From: an uncultured Clostridiaceae bacterium
Lineage (GTDB): Bacteria; Bacillota; Clostridia; Peptostreptococcales; Natronincolaceae
Direction of reading: 5' to 3'
Length of the DNA stretch: 64,000 bases
Assembly: GCA_964390055.1 (NCBI GenBank)
Contig: CAYMGQ010000001.1
Span: 8,459 to 72,458, forward strand
Below the pieces are notes generated by a model. It did not search any database. It saw only the letters and a list, made by a program, of their open reading frames with translations, and had not been told where the DNA came from. Both the position numbers and the translations under genes were made by a program. Positions within the stretch are counted from its first letter, which is position 1. Every line of letters starts with the position of its first letter. Shown in pieces: positions 9,287 to 18,924 of the stretch.

Positions 9287-10029
9287 CTACTAAGTTCATT
9301 TTTGGCGTATAAATAATCAAAAACACTTTCAATTAAGATTATTTTACTTTTTGTATTTTAAAAACTATATAATAAGAAATTATATTTTAATTATCTGGGA
9401 ATATAAAAGAATTTGTCTATTACCTAAGGAGTCAGGTTTACTTTGATATGTTTGTGTCGTAGCCTTATTAACATTATTTTTCCTAATATTAATACTAAAG
9501 TCTATTCTCCCGAGGAAAGAATAGACTTTTATGGTGTAAGAAAAATATAGGCTAGAATCTTTAGTCTCTCCTTCCAAGAACAGGAGATTTATCCAGTTTT
9601 GAATAAACCTAGGTATTTGTGATTTTGATAAGTTTGATTATTAATCTTGTTACTAATATCCTAGTGCACATATAGAATTACCTAATATAATCCATTAAGC
9701 TATACATATGTATATTTTTAAAACTTTATGATTTAACTAAAAAAATTTGAGCACAATATTCATCTGCTTAATTTGACAAGAATATGGTTAACATATTATC
9801 AATTTGAATTTCATATAAAATATATGGAAGTATTATGTAAATTAAGGCCAAGGCCTTATAATTACTTATGTTTACCTAGACATCACCCATCCTTATATTA
9901 TGGTATTAATTTCATGTTTTTTCTAAGGACCAGCTATAATATCCACATCTTTCTATTTATGTTTTATTATAGAAGCCCTTAGGAGAAATCTCTTTTTGTT
10001 TTTGTTAATTTATTAATTAACTCTATTTT

Positions 10030-10058
10030 ATATTAATACATATTTATGTATTTGTCAA
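10030..10058 (-). promoter_or_regulatory. Candidate sigma-A promoter with a palindromic spacer
   Basis: On the minus strand, TTGACA (10053..10058), a 17-nt spacer, then TAATAT (10030..10035). The spacer is the perfect palindrome AATACATA-nn-TATGTATT (10035..10052). This promoter would give a leader of about 735 nt to the ATG at 9286. A weaker proximal candidate, TTTATA-17-TATAAT, lies at 9379..9407. Confidence 0.3.
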
Positions 10059-10146
10059 CTAAATAAAGTAAATAAATGTAGAATATTCCACACTTATAAG
10101 CGGGATAATTATGGAACCGTTTTCCTAAGTTTACCTGGGCAAAATC

Positions 10147-11472
10147 TTATTCTTCAACTGTATCTATATTCAGGATTGCTTGTAGAATTCCTTCACTTAT
10201 ACTTGGGTGAATTATCAAATTACTTTTAATCTCTGATAGTCTTATTTTTTTATTGATTATTATGGAAAGCAGACCGACATATTCCGATACCTCATCGCCT
10301 ACCATCCAAATTCCCAGCAATTTATCATCTTTATCGGCCAAAACTTTTATAAAACCACATTTTATTCCTTTACTTAGGCCCCGCCACGTATCAGAAATAT
10401 TTGCAATTCCTCTTTTATATTTTTTTCCTCCTTCTATTAATTCTACTTCCTGCTGGCCTACACCAGCAATCTCCGGCATGGTGAAAATAGCCCTAGGTAT
10501 GGCCCTATACTTGATGCCTATTGGCTGGTTAAATAATATGTACTCAGCTAGTCCAATGGCTTGATGAATAGCCCCGTGGGCCATACCCATTAGGCCATTT
10601 ATATCACCTATTGCAAAAATATTATCTATATTAGTTTCTAAGTTTTCATTTACAATAATCTTTTCCCGGTCAAATTCTATCCCTAGCATGTCCAGGCCCC
10701 TTGGAAAGTTCGCCTTTCTTTGCCCTGTTATCAGGACCTTGTCCGCCTCTAATTTCGTCCCATCCGCCATGGTAACAGAAACCCTCCCGCCCTTCATGCA
10801 AGCTATCTTCTCTACATCCTTGGATGTATATAATAAAACTCCATGGTCTTTGAGATGGTTTTCTAATATGTCAATTAGGTCCCTGTCATATTCGGCTAGG
10901 ATTGTATCCTCCTTCTCAATAAGGCTTACCCTGACAGCAAATTGGGAAAATAGTGAGGCAAACTCACACCCTTCAACATTGCCTCCTATAATTATTAGAT
11001 CCTTGGGTAATTGGTCCAGTGCCACGGCCTCTTTATGGGATATTATACTTGTATGGTTAATTGGATAATTTCCAAGGCCCTTGGCTGATGTTCCTGTGGC
11101 TATTACTATATATTTGGCCTCTAATAAATATCCTTCGACCCTATATTTATGGCTGGCGACAAATTTTCCATCAGAAAAGTACAGGTCAATATTTTTTTCC
11201 CTTAGTTCTTTTTCTATCTTGTTTTCTATGGATAAAAAGTTTAGCTGATAATCCTTCATACTGACTTTACTAGGTGGATTGGTCCTTGCCATTGCCTTAC
11301 AATTATCTAGGATTTTTTTCACAGGCCAAGATCCCCAGCGAAATCCTGTTCCTCCCAACTTGTCCTTTTCCACTAGGGCTACCCTAAGCCCCCCTTTACT
11401 ACAGTGTATCCCACAATAATAGCCGGCCACCCCACCACCTAATATTAATAGGTCATATTTCTTCTTTATCAT
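10147..11472 (-). CDS. Dihydrolipoyl dehydrogenase-family FAD/NAD(P) oxidoreductase lacking the redox-active Cys pair
   Basis: 441 aa with an N-terminal GGGVAG dinucleotide fold, a second GGNVEG fold and a C-terminal HPSISE dimerisation/His-Glu motif. The CxxxxC position reads GGTGFRWGSWPVKK (11314..11355). Confidence 0.8.
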   Translation of the reverse strand: MIKKKYDLLILGGGVAGYYCGIHCSKGGLRVALVEKDKLGGTGFRWGSWPVKKILDNCKAMARTNPPSKVSMKDYQLNFLSIENKIEKELREKNIDLYFSDGKFVASHKYRVEGYLLEAKYIVIATGTSAKGLGNYPINHTSIISHKEAVALDQLPKDLIIIGGNVEGCEFASLFSQFAVRVSLIEKEDTILAEYDRDLIDILENHLKDHGVLLYTSKDVEKIACMKGGRVSVTMADGTKLEADKVLITGQRKANFPRGLDMLGIEFDREKIIVNENLETNIDNIFAIGDINGLMGMAHGAIHQAIGLAEYILFNQPIGIKYRAIPRAIFTMPEIAGVGQQEVELIEGGKKYKRGIANISDTWRGLSKGIKCGFIKVLADKDDKLLGIWMVGDEVSEYVGLLSIIINKKIRLSEIKSNLIIHPSISEGILQAILNIDTVEE

Positions 11473-11479
11473 TCCCTTC

Positions 11480-12406
11480 CTACTCCTCCCCCTTTTGCTC
11501 GATTTTCCTCAGTTTCAATAAGTGTTTCTGGCTAACAATAAATAGGGCAACTACCGTTACTATATAGGGTACCATCTGCGTAAACTGTGAGGGGATACCG
11601 ATTACCTGCAACCGTATGCCCAGGGCATCAAAAAAACCAAATAGCAGGGCTGCACCAAAGGTTTTAATGGGGTTATAGGCCCCAAAAATTATAGCTGCTA
11701 AAGCAATAAACCCTCTATTGGCACTCATATTTTCGGTAAATAAGGTCAAATATCCTAGGGAAAGATGTGCTCCTGCAAATCCGCAAAGAATACCGCAGAT
11801 TATGGAGCTGATATATTTCATTTTTCTAGGGCTTACACCTGTAGTTTCTAGAGCTTCAGGATGTTCCCCCGCAGCCCTAATCCAGATACCATAGGGGGTT
11901 TTATACAAAAATATGTAGGTTAATAATACTAAAATCCAACTTATGTAGACAAATACCGAGTGGTTATTAAAAACAATGTCTAAAAAGGCAATTTGTCTTA
12001 GAAAAGGAAAATCCAAGCTAGGGAGAGGTATAATTCCAGGGGATGAAAAGGCCCCTTTAACCCCAAAAATACTCCTAAGTAAAAATATTGTCAGTCCCCC
12101 AGCAAAAATATTAATAGCAATGCCAATAATAAATTCATCTGCCTTAAGTTCAATTACAAAAAATCCAAAGATACCACCAATAATAATGCCGGACACTGTT
12201 GCTAGGGCAACCCCCATCAGGGAACTGGTGAAAAAGTAGCTGCCAACAATGCCAAAGAATGCTCCTATTAGAATCATTCCCTCCATTCCGATATTCAACA
12301 TACCGCTATGCATTGTCAACAATCCGCCAAGTCCAGCTAAAACAAGTGGTGTAGCCGTGCGAATTGTATTTTGTATTAATGGTAAATTAAAAAACTCTCT
12401 AATCAT
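11480..12406 (-). CDS. ABC transporter permease (BMP/nucleoside-type, YufQ/NupQ-like)
   Basis: 308 aa polytopic membrane protein. It overlaps the upstream permease gene by 4 nt and sits in an operon with a BMP lipoprotein and a tandem ATPase. Confidence 0.85.
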   Translation of the reverse strand: MIREFFNLPLIQNTIRTATPLVLAGLGGLLTMHSGMLNIGMEGMILIGAFFGIVGSYFFTSSLMGVALATVSGIIIGGIFGFFVIELKADEFIIGIAINIFAGGLTIFLLRSIFGVKGAFSSPGIIPLPSLDFPFLRQIAFLDIVFNNHSVFVYISWILVLLTYIFLYKTPYGIWIRAAGEHPEALETTGVSPRKMKYISSIICGILCGFAGAHLSLGYLTLFTENMSANRGFIALAAIIFGAYNPIKTFGAALLFGFFDALGIRLQVIGIPSQFTQMVPYIVTVVALFIVSQKHLLKLRKIEQKGEE

Positions 12407-13494
12407 CTTATTTCACCTGCCCCCTGGCTGAGTTTGTCTTTCTTCTTAAAGTATTTCTTAATAATTTCCTTAAAACCCTCTTCTCCTGCTATAAATAATA
12501 TTATAATTGATTGGATCACTAGGACTAATTCCGAAGGGATAGATGTGACATTTTCCATAGCAATAGACCCTGTTTTTAGGGCGGCAAAGAAAATGGACAT
12601 AAATATAACACCGATGGGGTTGTTCTTGACAATTAGGGCTATTAACATACCATCGAAGGAATAGCCAGGAGAGATATATTGCAAGAATCTATAATGATTC
12701 CCCAAAACTTCAAAACTCCCTGCTATCCCACATAGGGCCCCCGAAATCACCATGGCAACTATCATTTGTTTCCTTGCATTTATACCACCGTAATGGGCAA
12801 ACTTGGGGTTCTGTCCAACCATTTTAAAGCTATAACCCTCTGAGGTTTTTTGCATAATATAGTAAATTATTAAAGCTATAAAACCCATCATAAATATGCT
12901 TGTGTTAAGGGTTGATAACTTAACTAGTCGAGATAGCCTATAATTTTCAACTATCATATCCGTTCCCCCCATTTTTCCCCTACTGGTAGCAAAGGGGTAG
13001 TTAACCAGATAGTCAGTAAAAAGAACTGCTATACTATTTAACATAATGGTTGTTATAACCTCATCTATATTATGGTAGACCTTTAATACAGCTGGTAGGA
13101 GGGCATAAACCCCACCACAAATAGCCCCCATAACAATGGCCAAGAAAATACCAAGAAGGGGAGGAAGATTTGTAAAGCTAATACCTACATAGGCAGCCGC
13201 AAAGGCCCCCAAGTATAATTGGCCTTCCCCTCCTATATTAAAAATTCCACTCTTAAAGGAAATAGCAGTAGCTAATCCAGTTAGTACTAGTGGTACTGTT
13301 TTAGCAAGTGTTGTTGCTATATTATATTTGGAAGCAAAGGCCCCTAGAAGCAAGGATTTGTAACCAATGACTGGGTTTCTCCCATTGGCCAACATTATTA
13401 GACCTCCAATAAGTAGGGCCATTGAAATTGACAGGAACAAGGATAAAAAATAACTGCCATTTTCCTTTAATTTGTCAATAATATTATTCTTCAT
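12403..13494 (-). CDS. ABC transporter permease (BMP/nucleoside-type, YufP/NupP-like)
   Basis: 363 aa polytopic membrane protein in the same operon. Confidence 0.85.
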   Translation of the reverse strand: MKNNIIDKLKENGSYFLSLFLSISMALLIGGLIMLANGRNPVIGYKSLLLGAFASKYNIATTLAKTVPLVLTGLATAISFKSGIFNIGGEGQLYLGAFAAAYVGISFTNLPPLLGIFLAIVMGAICGGVYALLPAVLKVYHNIDEVITTIMLNSIAVLFTDYLVNYPFATSRGKMGGTDMIVENYRLSRLVKLSTLNTSIFMMGFIALIIYYIMQKTSEGYSFKMVGQNPKFAHYGGINARKQMIVAMVISGALCGIAGSFEVLGNHYRFLQYISPGYSFDGMLIALIVKNNPIGVIFMSIFFAALKTGSIAMENVTSIPSELVLVIQSIIILFIAGEEGFKEIIKKYFKKKDKLSQGAGEIR

Positions 13495-13498
13495 AAAT

Positions 13499-15040
13499 TT
13501 AAGCCCCCCCTTCCGCCAGGTCTTTATGCTTGCCTGTCATATATAGGCCAATTTCCTTTTTATCTATTTGCCCCCTAGCAAATTCCCCAGTTATTCTTCC
13601 CTCATAGATTGTAATAATCCTATCTGAAAGTCTAAATATCTCGTCTAAATCTGCCGAAACCAATAAGATTCCACAGGCTTGATTCCTCTTTTTAATTATC
13701 TCCCTATGGATAAATTCCGTTGCTCCTATGTCTACACCCCTTGTAGGCTGGGATATAATAAGTATGGGTGTATTAAAGGAAAATTCTCTGGCAATTACAA
13801 GTTTTTGCATATTACCCCCTGACAGGTTTTTCGTTAAGAGGTCCTGGTTGGGTGTACGTATATCAAATTCCCTAATAAGTTTCTCTGTCCTTTTCCTTAT
13901 TGCCTTCCTATTTATATGAATAAATTTACTAACATAGGGTTTTTTCCTGTGTATCCCCATCATCATATTTTCACTTACACTTGCATCCACACTTAATCCC
14001 GTCGCTAGCCGATCCTCCGGTATATGGGCAATGCCCAGTTCCCTTATCTCCCTGCTGCTTTTGCCCCTTATGTTTTTATCCTCTAGCAATATCTGGCCTT
14101 CATCGGCCTCCAGTAAACCTGTCAAGATCTCAACTAACTCTGTTTGCCCATTCCCCTCAACACCAGCAACCCCCAAAACTTCACCAGCTTTCAGGTCCAA
14201 ATCCACTGACTTTAAGGGATACAGGCCTCTCTTATCCTGTACTCTTAGTTTTCTAACCCTTAGGAGGGTCTTCCCCTTGACCTCTTTTTTATCCAATTTG
14301 TCAAATAGGACTTCTCGTCCTACCATCATCTCCGCCAAATCTCCCTCTGATGTTTCCTTGGTATTATGGGTCCCTATCAATCTACCCTGTCGCATAACAC
14401 TGACCCTATGGGAAAGGGCCATAACCTCTTGTAGTTTATGGGTAATGATGATGACGGTTTTATTTAAATCTTTAACTAATTTTCTAATTACAATAAAAAG
14501 TTCTTCACTTTCCTGGGGTGTAAGAACGGCTGTTGGTTCATCTAGTATGAGTATGTCCGCCCCCCTATATAGGGCCTTTAGTATTTCGATCCTCTGTTGT
14601 ATCCCAACTGAAACCTCATCAACCCTTAAATGAGGATCCACTTGTAGGCCATAGCTTTCAACTAAGTCCTCGGCAATTTTAATGGCTTTGTCCAAGTCCA
14701 TAAAAATTCTATTCTTCCTAGGTTCCCGGCCTAATACAATATTCTCCGCTATGCTAAAGGAGGGTAAGAGCATAAAATGCTGGTGGACCATCCCAATACC
14801 ATGTTTTATGGCCTTGGATGGACTATTGTTCCTTAATGGTTTTCCCCTCACCAATACTTCACCCTTGCTAGCTTGTAATAAGCCATATAGTATATTCATT
14901 AAAGTTGATTTTCCAGCCCCATTTTCCCCTATTATCCCATGAATTTCACCTTTTTTTATAGCAAGATTAATATTATCATTAGCAATAACCCCGGGAAACT
15001 CCTTGCTTATTCCCCTAAATTCCACAATATAATCCCCCAT
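13499..15040 (-). CDS. ABC transporter ATP-binding protein with two fused ATPase domains
   Basis: 513 aa with Walker A GENGAGKST, signature sequences and a second degenerate NBD (LSGGNMQK), as in sugar/nucleoside CUT2 importers. Confidence 0.9.
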   Translation of the reverse strand: MGDYIVEFRGISKEFPGVIANDNINLAIKKGEIHGIIGENGAGKSTLMNILYGLLQASKGEVLVRGKPLRNNSPSKAIKHGIGMVHQHFMLLPSFSIAENIVLGREPRKNRIFMDLDKAIKIAEDLVESYGLQVDPHLRVDEVSVGIQQRIEILKALYRGADILILDEPTAVLTPQESEELFIVIRKLVKDLNKTVIIITHKLQEVMALSHRVSVMRQGRLIGTHNTKETSEGDLAEMMVGREVLFDKLDKKEVKGKTLLRVRKLRVQDKRGLYPLKSVDLDLKAGEVLGVAGVEGNGQTELVEILTGLLEADEGQILLEDKNIRGKSSREIRELGIAHIPEDRLATGLSVDASVSENMMMGIHRKKPYVSKFIHINRKAIRKRTEKLIREFDIRTPNQDLLTKNLSGGNMQKLVIAREFSFNTPILIISQPTRGVDIGATEFIHREIIKKRNQACGILLVSADLDEIFRLSDRIITIYEGRITGEFARGQIDKKEIGLYMTGKHKDLAEGGA

Positions 15041-15082
15041 AATCTATCGTTCCTCTCCCATGAAATAATTAACGTTTTTAAA

Positions 15083-15106
15083 GGAGAAGTAGTTTCCTAC
15101 TTCTCC
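15083..15106 (-). terminator. Intercistronic hairpin after the binding-protein gene
   Basis: GGAGAAGTAG-tttc-CTACTTCTCC, a 10-bp perfect stem between the BMP lipoprotein stop (15136) and the ATPase start (15040). The downstream U tract is weak. Confidence 0.4.
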
Positions 15107-15135
15107 CTTGGAATTATGGAAAAATTCAATATTAA

Positions 15136-16191
15136 TTACTTGCCCTCGGGTACTACAATTTCTCCACTAATTATTTTGCTTTTGATTTCTTCAAGTTGTG
15201 CCTTCATTTCCTCGCTTACAAAATCCTCCATATCTTCTGTGCCATAGCCTAGACTTACACCATTTTCCTCAATACCATAGTATTGGGGTTTGCCAGCCTC
15301 AAAGCTACCCTCCTGAATCTTCTCTATGGATTCATAAATTGATAGGCCAACTCCTTTTATCATACTAGCAACAATTACATCAGGGTTAATATATCTCTGG
15401 TCTGAATCTACACCAATGGCATATTTTCCCACCTCTTCTGCAGCTTCAAACACCCCTTCACCTGTTTTGCCTGCTACCTGAAACACAATATCTGCTCCCA
15501 TGGAATATAGGGCTAGGGCACTTTCCTTACCCTTGGCAGGATCTTCAAAATCCCCGGCAAAAATAGTTTCTACCTTTATCTCCGGGTCCACATAGGCCAC
15601 TCCCGCCTCGTAACCAGCTTTAAAGTTTCTTATTACTGGAATATCTACTCCCCCTACCATTCCTATTATTCCTTCCTGGCCAATTCCTTCTAGGCCACCA
15701 TCTTTTACTAACATGGCAGCCATAGCGCCGGCAAGAAAAGACCCCTCATTTTCCTTATAGCTTATGGTAGTTAAATTCTCTATCCCCTCTAATTCATTAT
15801 CAACATAAATATAGTTAACCTCTGGAAACTCTGGTGCTATTTCCTGTACAAGATCAAAAAACTCGAAACCAACTACAGCTACAATTGATCCATACTCAGA
15901 TGCCTGCACTAATTGATCACTGTATAAGGATGGATCGTTTCTACATTCAAAAACCTTCCCCTCTACCCCCAGGTTTTCCTGGGCTCTCTCGACCCCTTCA
16001 TTGGATGAATCATAGAAAGATCTGTCTCCTAGGCCTCCAGCCACAACAAGAGCCACCTTTAAGACATCCTCAGTTTCAGCTACGTCTTCCCCCTCAGTTG
16101 TCTCCGTAGGTTCTTGTGGTGGTGTGCAAGCCGTTAGGACCATACCCACTAACAATAGTAAAATTAACAACCATACAAAGACTTTTTTCAT
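15136..16191 (-). CDS. BMP-family ABC transporter substrate-binding lipoprotein (Med/PnrA/NupN-like)
   Basis: 351 aa with a signal peptide and lipobox (LVGMVLTAC), followed by an acidic linker and a BMP-type periplasmic binding fold sequence. Confidence 0.9.
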   Translation of the reverse strand: MKKVFVWLLILLLLVGMVLTACTPPQEPTETTEGEDVAETEDVLKVALVVAGGLGDRSFYDSSNEGVERAQENLGVEGKVFECRNDPSLYSDQLVQASEYGSIVAVVGFEFFDLVQEIAPEFPEVNYIYVDNELEGIENLTTISYKENEGSFLAGAMAAMLVKDGGLEGIGQEGIIGMVGGVDIPVIRNFKAGYEAGVAYVDPEIKVETIFAGDFEDPAKGKESALALYSMGADIVFQVAGKTGEGVFEAAEEVGKYAIGVDSDQRYINPDVIVASMIKGVGLSIYESIEKIQEGSFEAGKPQYYGIEENGVSLGYGTEDMEDFVSEEMKAQLEEIKSKIISGEIVVPEGK

Positions 16192-16339
16192 TCAGTTATC
16201 CCCCTTTTTATATAATTTTTCAGCCCTAGTTATATATTAAAAGAGCCAAAAATTTACTAAAATAACTGATTCATTAAAAACTTTCCTACTATTAATCTAT
16301 TCTAGTCAATATCATAATAACCTTTTTTTTCAATAATAT

Positions 16340-16957
16340 CTAGTATCTTACTTTGGCTAATATCTCCTTTTCCCTTAATTTTACCTGCTCTTCCAATCTC
16401 TTTACCTGTTTTGATAGGTCTTCCACAAAGGAAGCATCCTTGATTAAGGCCAAGTTAATTTTTACATTATAAAGTGCAGAAGTTACCGCCGCCCTTGCCA
16501 TTACAGTTGCAATTGCCCCATCAGTAATGGCATTCTTATTTCCCTTTATAATAACTTCCTCACTAAAATCCATTAAATCAAAGGCCTTCTGGGCTATTTG
16601 CAAGGGCACTAGGGCTGCGTTTTTGGTAGTTTCTTGGATTTTCTCTGCCCTATAATTTGCCTGTGATTCTGTATCCCTAGGTAAACCATAGGCCCCTATC
16701 ACTTCTCTATAGGCCTTAGAATCTCGCTCTATATCTAGCAAAAATTCCTCCCGTTTTTTAGAAACACTTTCAATTAGAGCCAGCATATCTTTTTCAACAT
16801 TGGAATAGTTTTTTTTGCCTAAAGTCAACCTGGCCATCATTTCCGTTAAAGCCGCCCCTAGGGCACCACCCAGGGCAGCTACACTCCCTCCACCCGGGGC
16901 TGGTTCCTTTGATGCAGTCTTATGTAAAAACTCTACTAAACCTATATTATCAATCAT
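16340..16957 (-). CDS. fchA: Cyclodeaminase/cyclohydrolase family protein (FTCD_C-type; methenyl-THF cyclohydrolase FchA-like)
   Basis: 205 aa. EPAPGGGSVAALGGALGAAL is characteristic of the formimino-THF cyclodeaminase/FchA family. It is directly downstream of fhs. Confidence 0.8.
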   Translation of the reverse strand: MIDNIGLVEFLHKTASKEPAPGGGSVAALGGALGAALTEMMARLTLGKKNYSNVEKDMLALIESVSKKREEFLLDIERDSKAYREVIGAYGLPRDTESQANYRAEKIQETTKNAALVPLQIAQKAFDLMDFSEEVIIKGNKNAITDGAIATVMARAAVTSALYNVKINLALIKDASFVEDLSKQVKRLEEQVKLREKEILAKVRY

Positions 16958-16977
16958 TTTTTTCCTCCTTGAATTAG

Positions 16978-18654
16978 CTAAAATAAGCCAGTTATAACCC
17001 CCTTTTCGTCCACATCAATCTTTTCTGCCGAAGGTATTCTTGGCAGGCCTGGCATAGTTAAAATATTACCCGTTAGGGCCACAATAAATCCAGCCCCGGC
17101 AGAAACCTTGACCTCCCTCACGGTAATTTTAAAGTCCTTGGGCCTACCTAATAATTGGGGACTATCACTAAGGGAGTATTGGGTCTTTGCCATACAAATT
17201 GGTAGATTGCCAAAGCCTAAGTCCTCTAGTTTTTGGATTTCCCTCAATGCCTTGGGTGTAAAGTCTACTCCCTCAGCCCCGTAAACCCTGCTGGCGATTC
17301 TCTCAATTTTATCTCCTATATTCATATCTAGATCATAGGCATATTCTAAGGCCGACTCCTGGTCTACTAGTTTTATTATTTCTTTGGCTAATTCCTTGCC
17401 TCCTGCCCCTCCCTTAGCCCATACTTCGGATAGGGCAACATTAACCCCTAGTTCTTCGCACTTAGTCCTTACTAATTCTAACTCCCTACTGGTGTCCATG
17501 GGGAATTTATTGATGGCTACTACCGCCGGTAATTTAAAGACCTTGGTAATATTTTCTACATGCTTTAATAGATTGGGTAATCCCTTCTCCAAGGCTTGTA
17601 AGTTTTCCTCATTTAATTTTTCCCTAGCCAGACCACCATTGTACTTTAATGCCCTAACAGTGGCCACAATAACAACAGCATCAGGTTTTAAATCTGCCTT
17701 CCTACATTTGATATCTATAAACTTTTCAGCCCCCAGGTCTGCTCCAAATCCAGCCTCCGTTATAACATAATCAGCAAAATGCATGGCCATTTTTGTAGCT
17801 ATGACTGAATTACAGCCATGGGCTATATTTGCAAAGGGTCCCCCATGTACAAAGGCTGGTGTCCCCTCCAGTGTTTGTACTAGGTTTGGTTTTAAGGCAT
17901 CCTTTAATAGGGCTGCCATAGCTCCATGGGCATTTAAATCCCTAGCAGTAATAGGCTTATCCTCCCTGGTATAGGCCACAATTATATTACCTAATCTTTC
18001 TTTTAAATCCATAATGTCATTGGCCAAACAAAAAGCTGCCATTACCTCAGATGCAACGGTAATATCGAACCCATCTTCTCTAGCTACTCCATTACCCCTT
18101 CCTCCCAAGCCATTTACTATATTCCTTAACTGCCTATCGTTCATATCTACAACCCGTCGCCAGATTATTTTCCTATTATCAATTCCCAATGAATTGCCAT
18201 GGTTAATATGGTTGTCCAGCATGGCAGCTAGCAGATTATTGGCGGCCCCAATTGCATGAAAATCTCCCGTAAAGTGGAGGTTTATATCTTCCATAGGCAC
18301 AACTTGGGCATAGCCACCCCCTGCAGCCCCACCTTTAATACCGAAAACTGGCCCCAAGGATGGCTCCCTTAATGCCAGCATGGCATTTTTACCTAGTTGG
18401 CTTAAGGCATCGGTGACACCTATAGTTGTAGTAGTTTTTCCCTCTCCAGCCGGTGTTGGATTGATGGCTGTTACTAAAACAAGTTTTGCCTTTTTCCTTC
18501 CCGTCTTTTCCTTAAGAATATTATAATCTATCTTGGCCTTATATTTTCCATAGAGTTCGAGGTCTTCCTCCTCCAAACCCAGTTTGCCCGCAACCTCCCT
18601 TATGTCTAGTTGTTTTGTTTCCTGTGCAATTTCTATGTCACTTTTAATACTCAC
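16978..18654 (-). CDS. fhs: Formate--tetrahydrofolate ligase
   Basis: 558 aa starting [10 protein letters not shown], with the P-loop [16 protein letters not shown] start with an AGGAGG RBS 7 nt upstream. Confidence 0.95.
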   Translation of the reverse strand: MSIKSDIEIAQETKQLDIREVAGKLGLEEEDLELYGKYKAKIDYNILKEKTGRKKAKLVLVTAINPTPAGEGKTTTTIGVTDALSQLGKNAMLALREPSLGPVFGIKGGAAGGGYAQVVPMEDINLHFTGDFHAIGAANNLLAAMLDNHINHGNSLGIDNRKIIWRRVVDMNDRQLRNIVNGLGGRGNGVAREDGFDITVASEVMAAFCLANDIMDLKERLGNIIVAYTREDKPITARDLNAHGAMAALLKDALKPNLVQTLEGTPAFVHGGPFANIAHGCNSVIATKMAMHFADYVITEAGFGADLGAEKFIDIKCRKADLKPDAVVIVATVRALKYNGGLAREKLNEENLQALEKGLPNLLKHVENITKVFKLPAVVAINKFPMDTSRELELVRTKCEELGVNVALSEVWAKGGAGGKELAKEIIKLVDQESALEYAYDLDMNIGDKIERIASRVYGAEGVDFTPKALREIQKLEDLGFGNLPICMAKTQYSLSDSPQLLGRPKDFKITVREVKVSAGAGFIVALTGNILTMPGLPRIPSAEKIDVDEKGVITGLF

Positions 18655-18683
18655 AGTATGTCCTCCTAACTATTATTTTTTTC

Positions 18684-18712
18684 ATTATAGACTAATATTC
18701 TAATTCTTACAA
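18684..18712 (-). promoter_or_regulatory. Candidate sigma-A promoter for fhs
   Basis: On the minus strand, TTGTAA (18707..18712), exactly 17 nt, then TATAAT (18684..18689), about 30 nt upstream of the fhs start. Confidence 0.4.
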
Positions 18713-18852
18713 GCCTTTTACATCCTTTGTATAAATACTATTCTAGACAAAAGTCTAATAGTTACTTACTAGTTTAATGCTATAGTAACTATTTTATTAA
18801 TATATAATATCACATATTATTTCCTAACATCTTATAAGTATATAAAAGCTAT

Positions 18853-18895
18853 AGAAAAAAATAAAATTCGGGCCCTTTAGTCAAAGGTCCCGAAT
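18853..18895 (-). terminator. Rho-independent terminator after the HD-GYP gene
   Basis: A 12-bp stem with one mismatch (TTCGGGACCTTT / AAAGGGCCCGAA, loop GACU) followed by UUUUAUUUUUUU on the minus strand. Confidence 0.7.
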
Positions 18896-18924
18896 CCTTA
18901 ACTTAATTTATTAGATAAATCAAA

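Noticed and set aside
9380-9577. A 65-aa minus-strand ORF in the long gap upstream of the hydrogenase cluster.
   Set aside because: It starts at a TTG with no upstream RBS, has no hydrophobic or motif content, and spans the 12-bp inverted repeat. It is more likely non-coding leader sequence.
9844-9859. The palindrome TAAGGCCAAGGCCTTA, considered as a terminator for the Lpd-like gene.
   Set aside because: Full pairing would leave a 2-nt loop, the usable stem is only about 5 bp, there is no U tract on the relevant strand, and it lies about 290 nt from the stop codon.
14031-14633. Long plus-strand ORFs antisense to real genes, for example 14031..14633 (200 aa), 32969..33550 (193 aa), 62537..63049 (170 aa), 38974..39471 (165 aa), 26311..26787 (158 aa) and 7885..8307 (140 aa).
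   Set aside because: Each lies entirely inside a minus-strand gene that has clear family motifs. Their translations are low-complexity (Ser/Pro/Leu/Ile-rich) with no recognisable motifs or RBS. They are typical shadow ORFs.
16192-16339. A possible purine riboswitch upstream of the BMP/nucleoside ABC operon.
   Set aside because: No three-way junction or conserved purine-riboswitch loops (UAUAAU...CCGGG-type elements) are visible, and the sequence is unstructured and AT-rich.
18655-18850. A possible ZTP (pfl) or THF riboswitch upstream of fhs.
   Set aside because: The roughly 200-nt upstream region is about 80 percent A+T, has no GC-rich pseudoknot or stems, and holds only about 30 nt between the predicted -10 box and the start codon.
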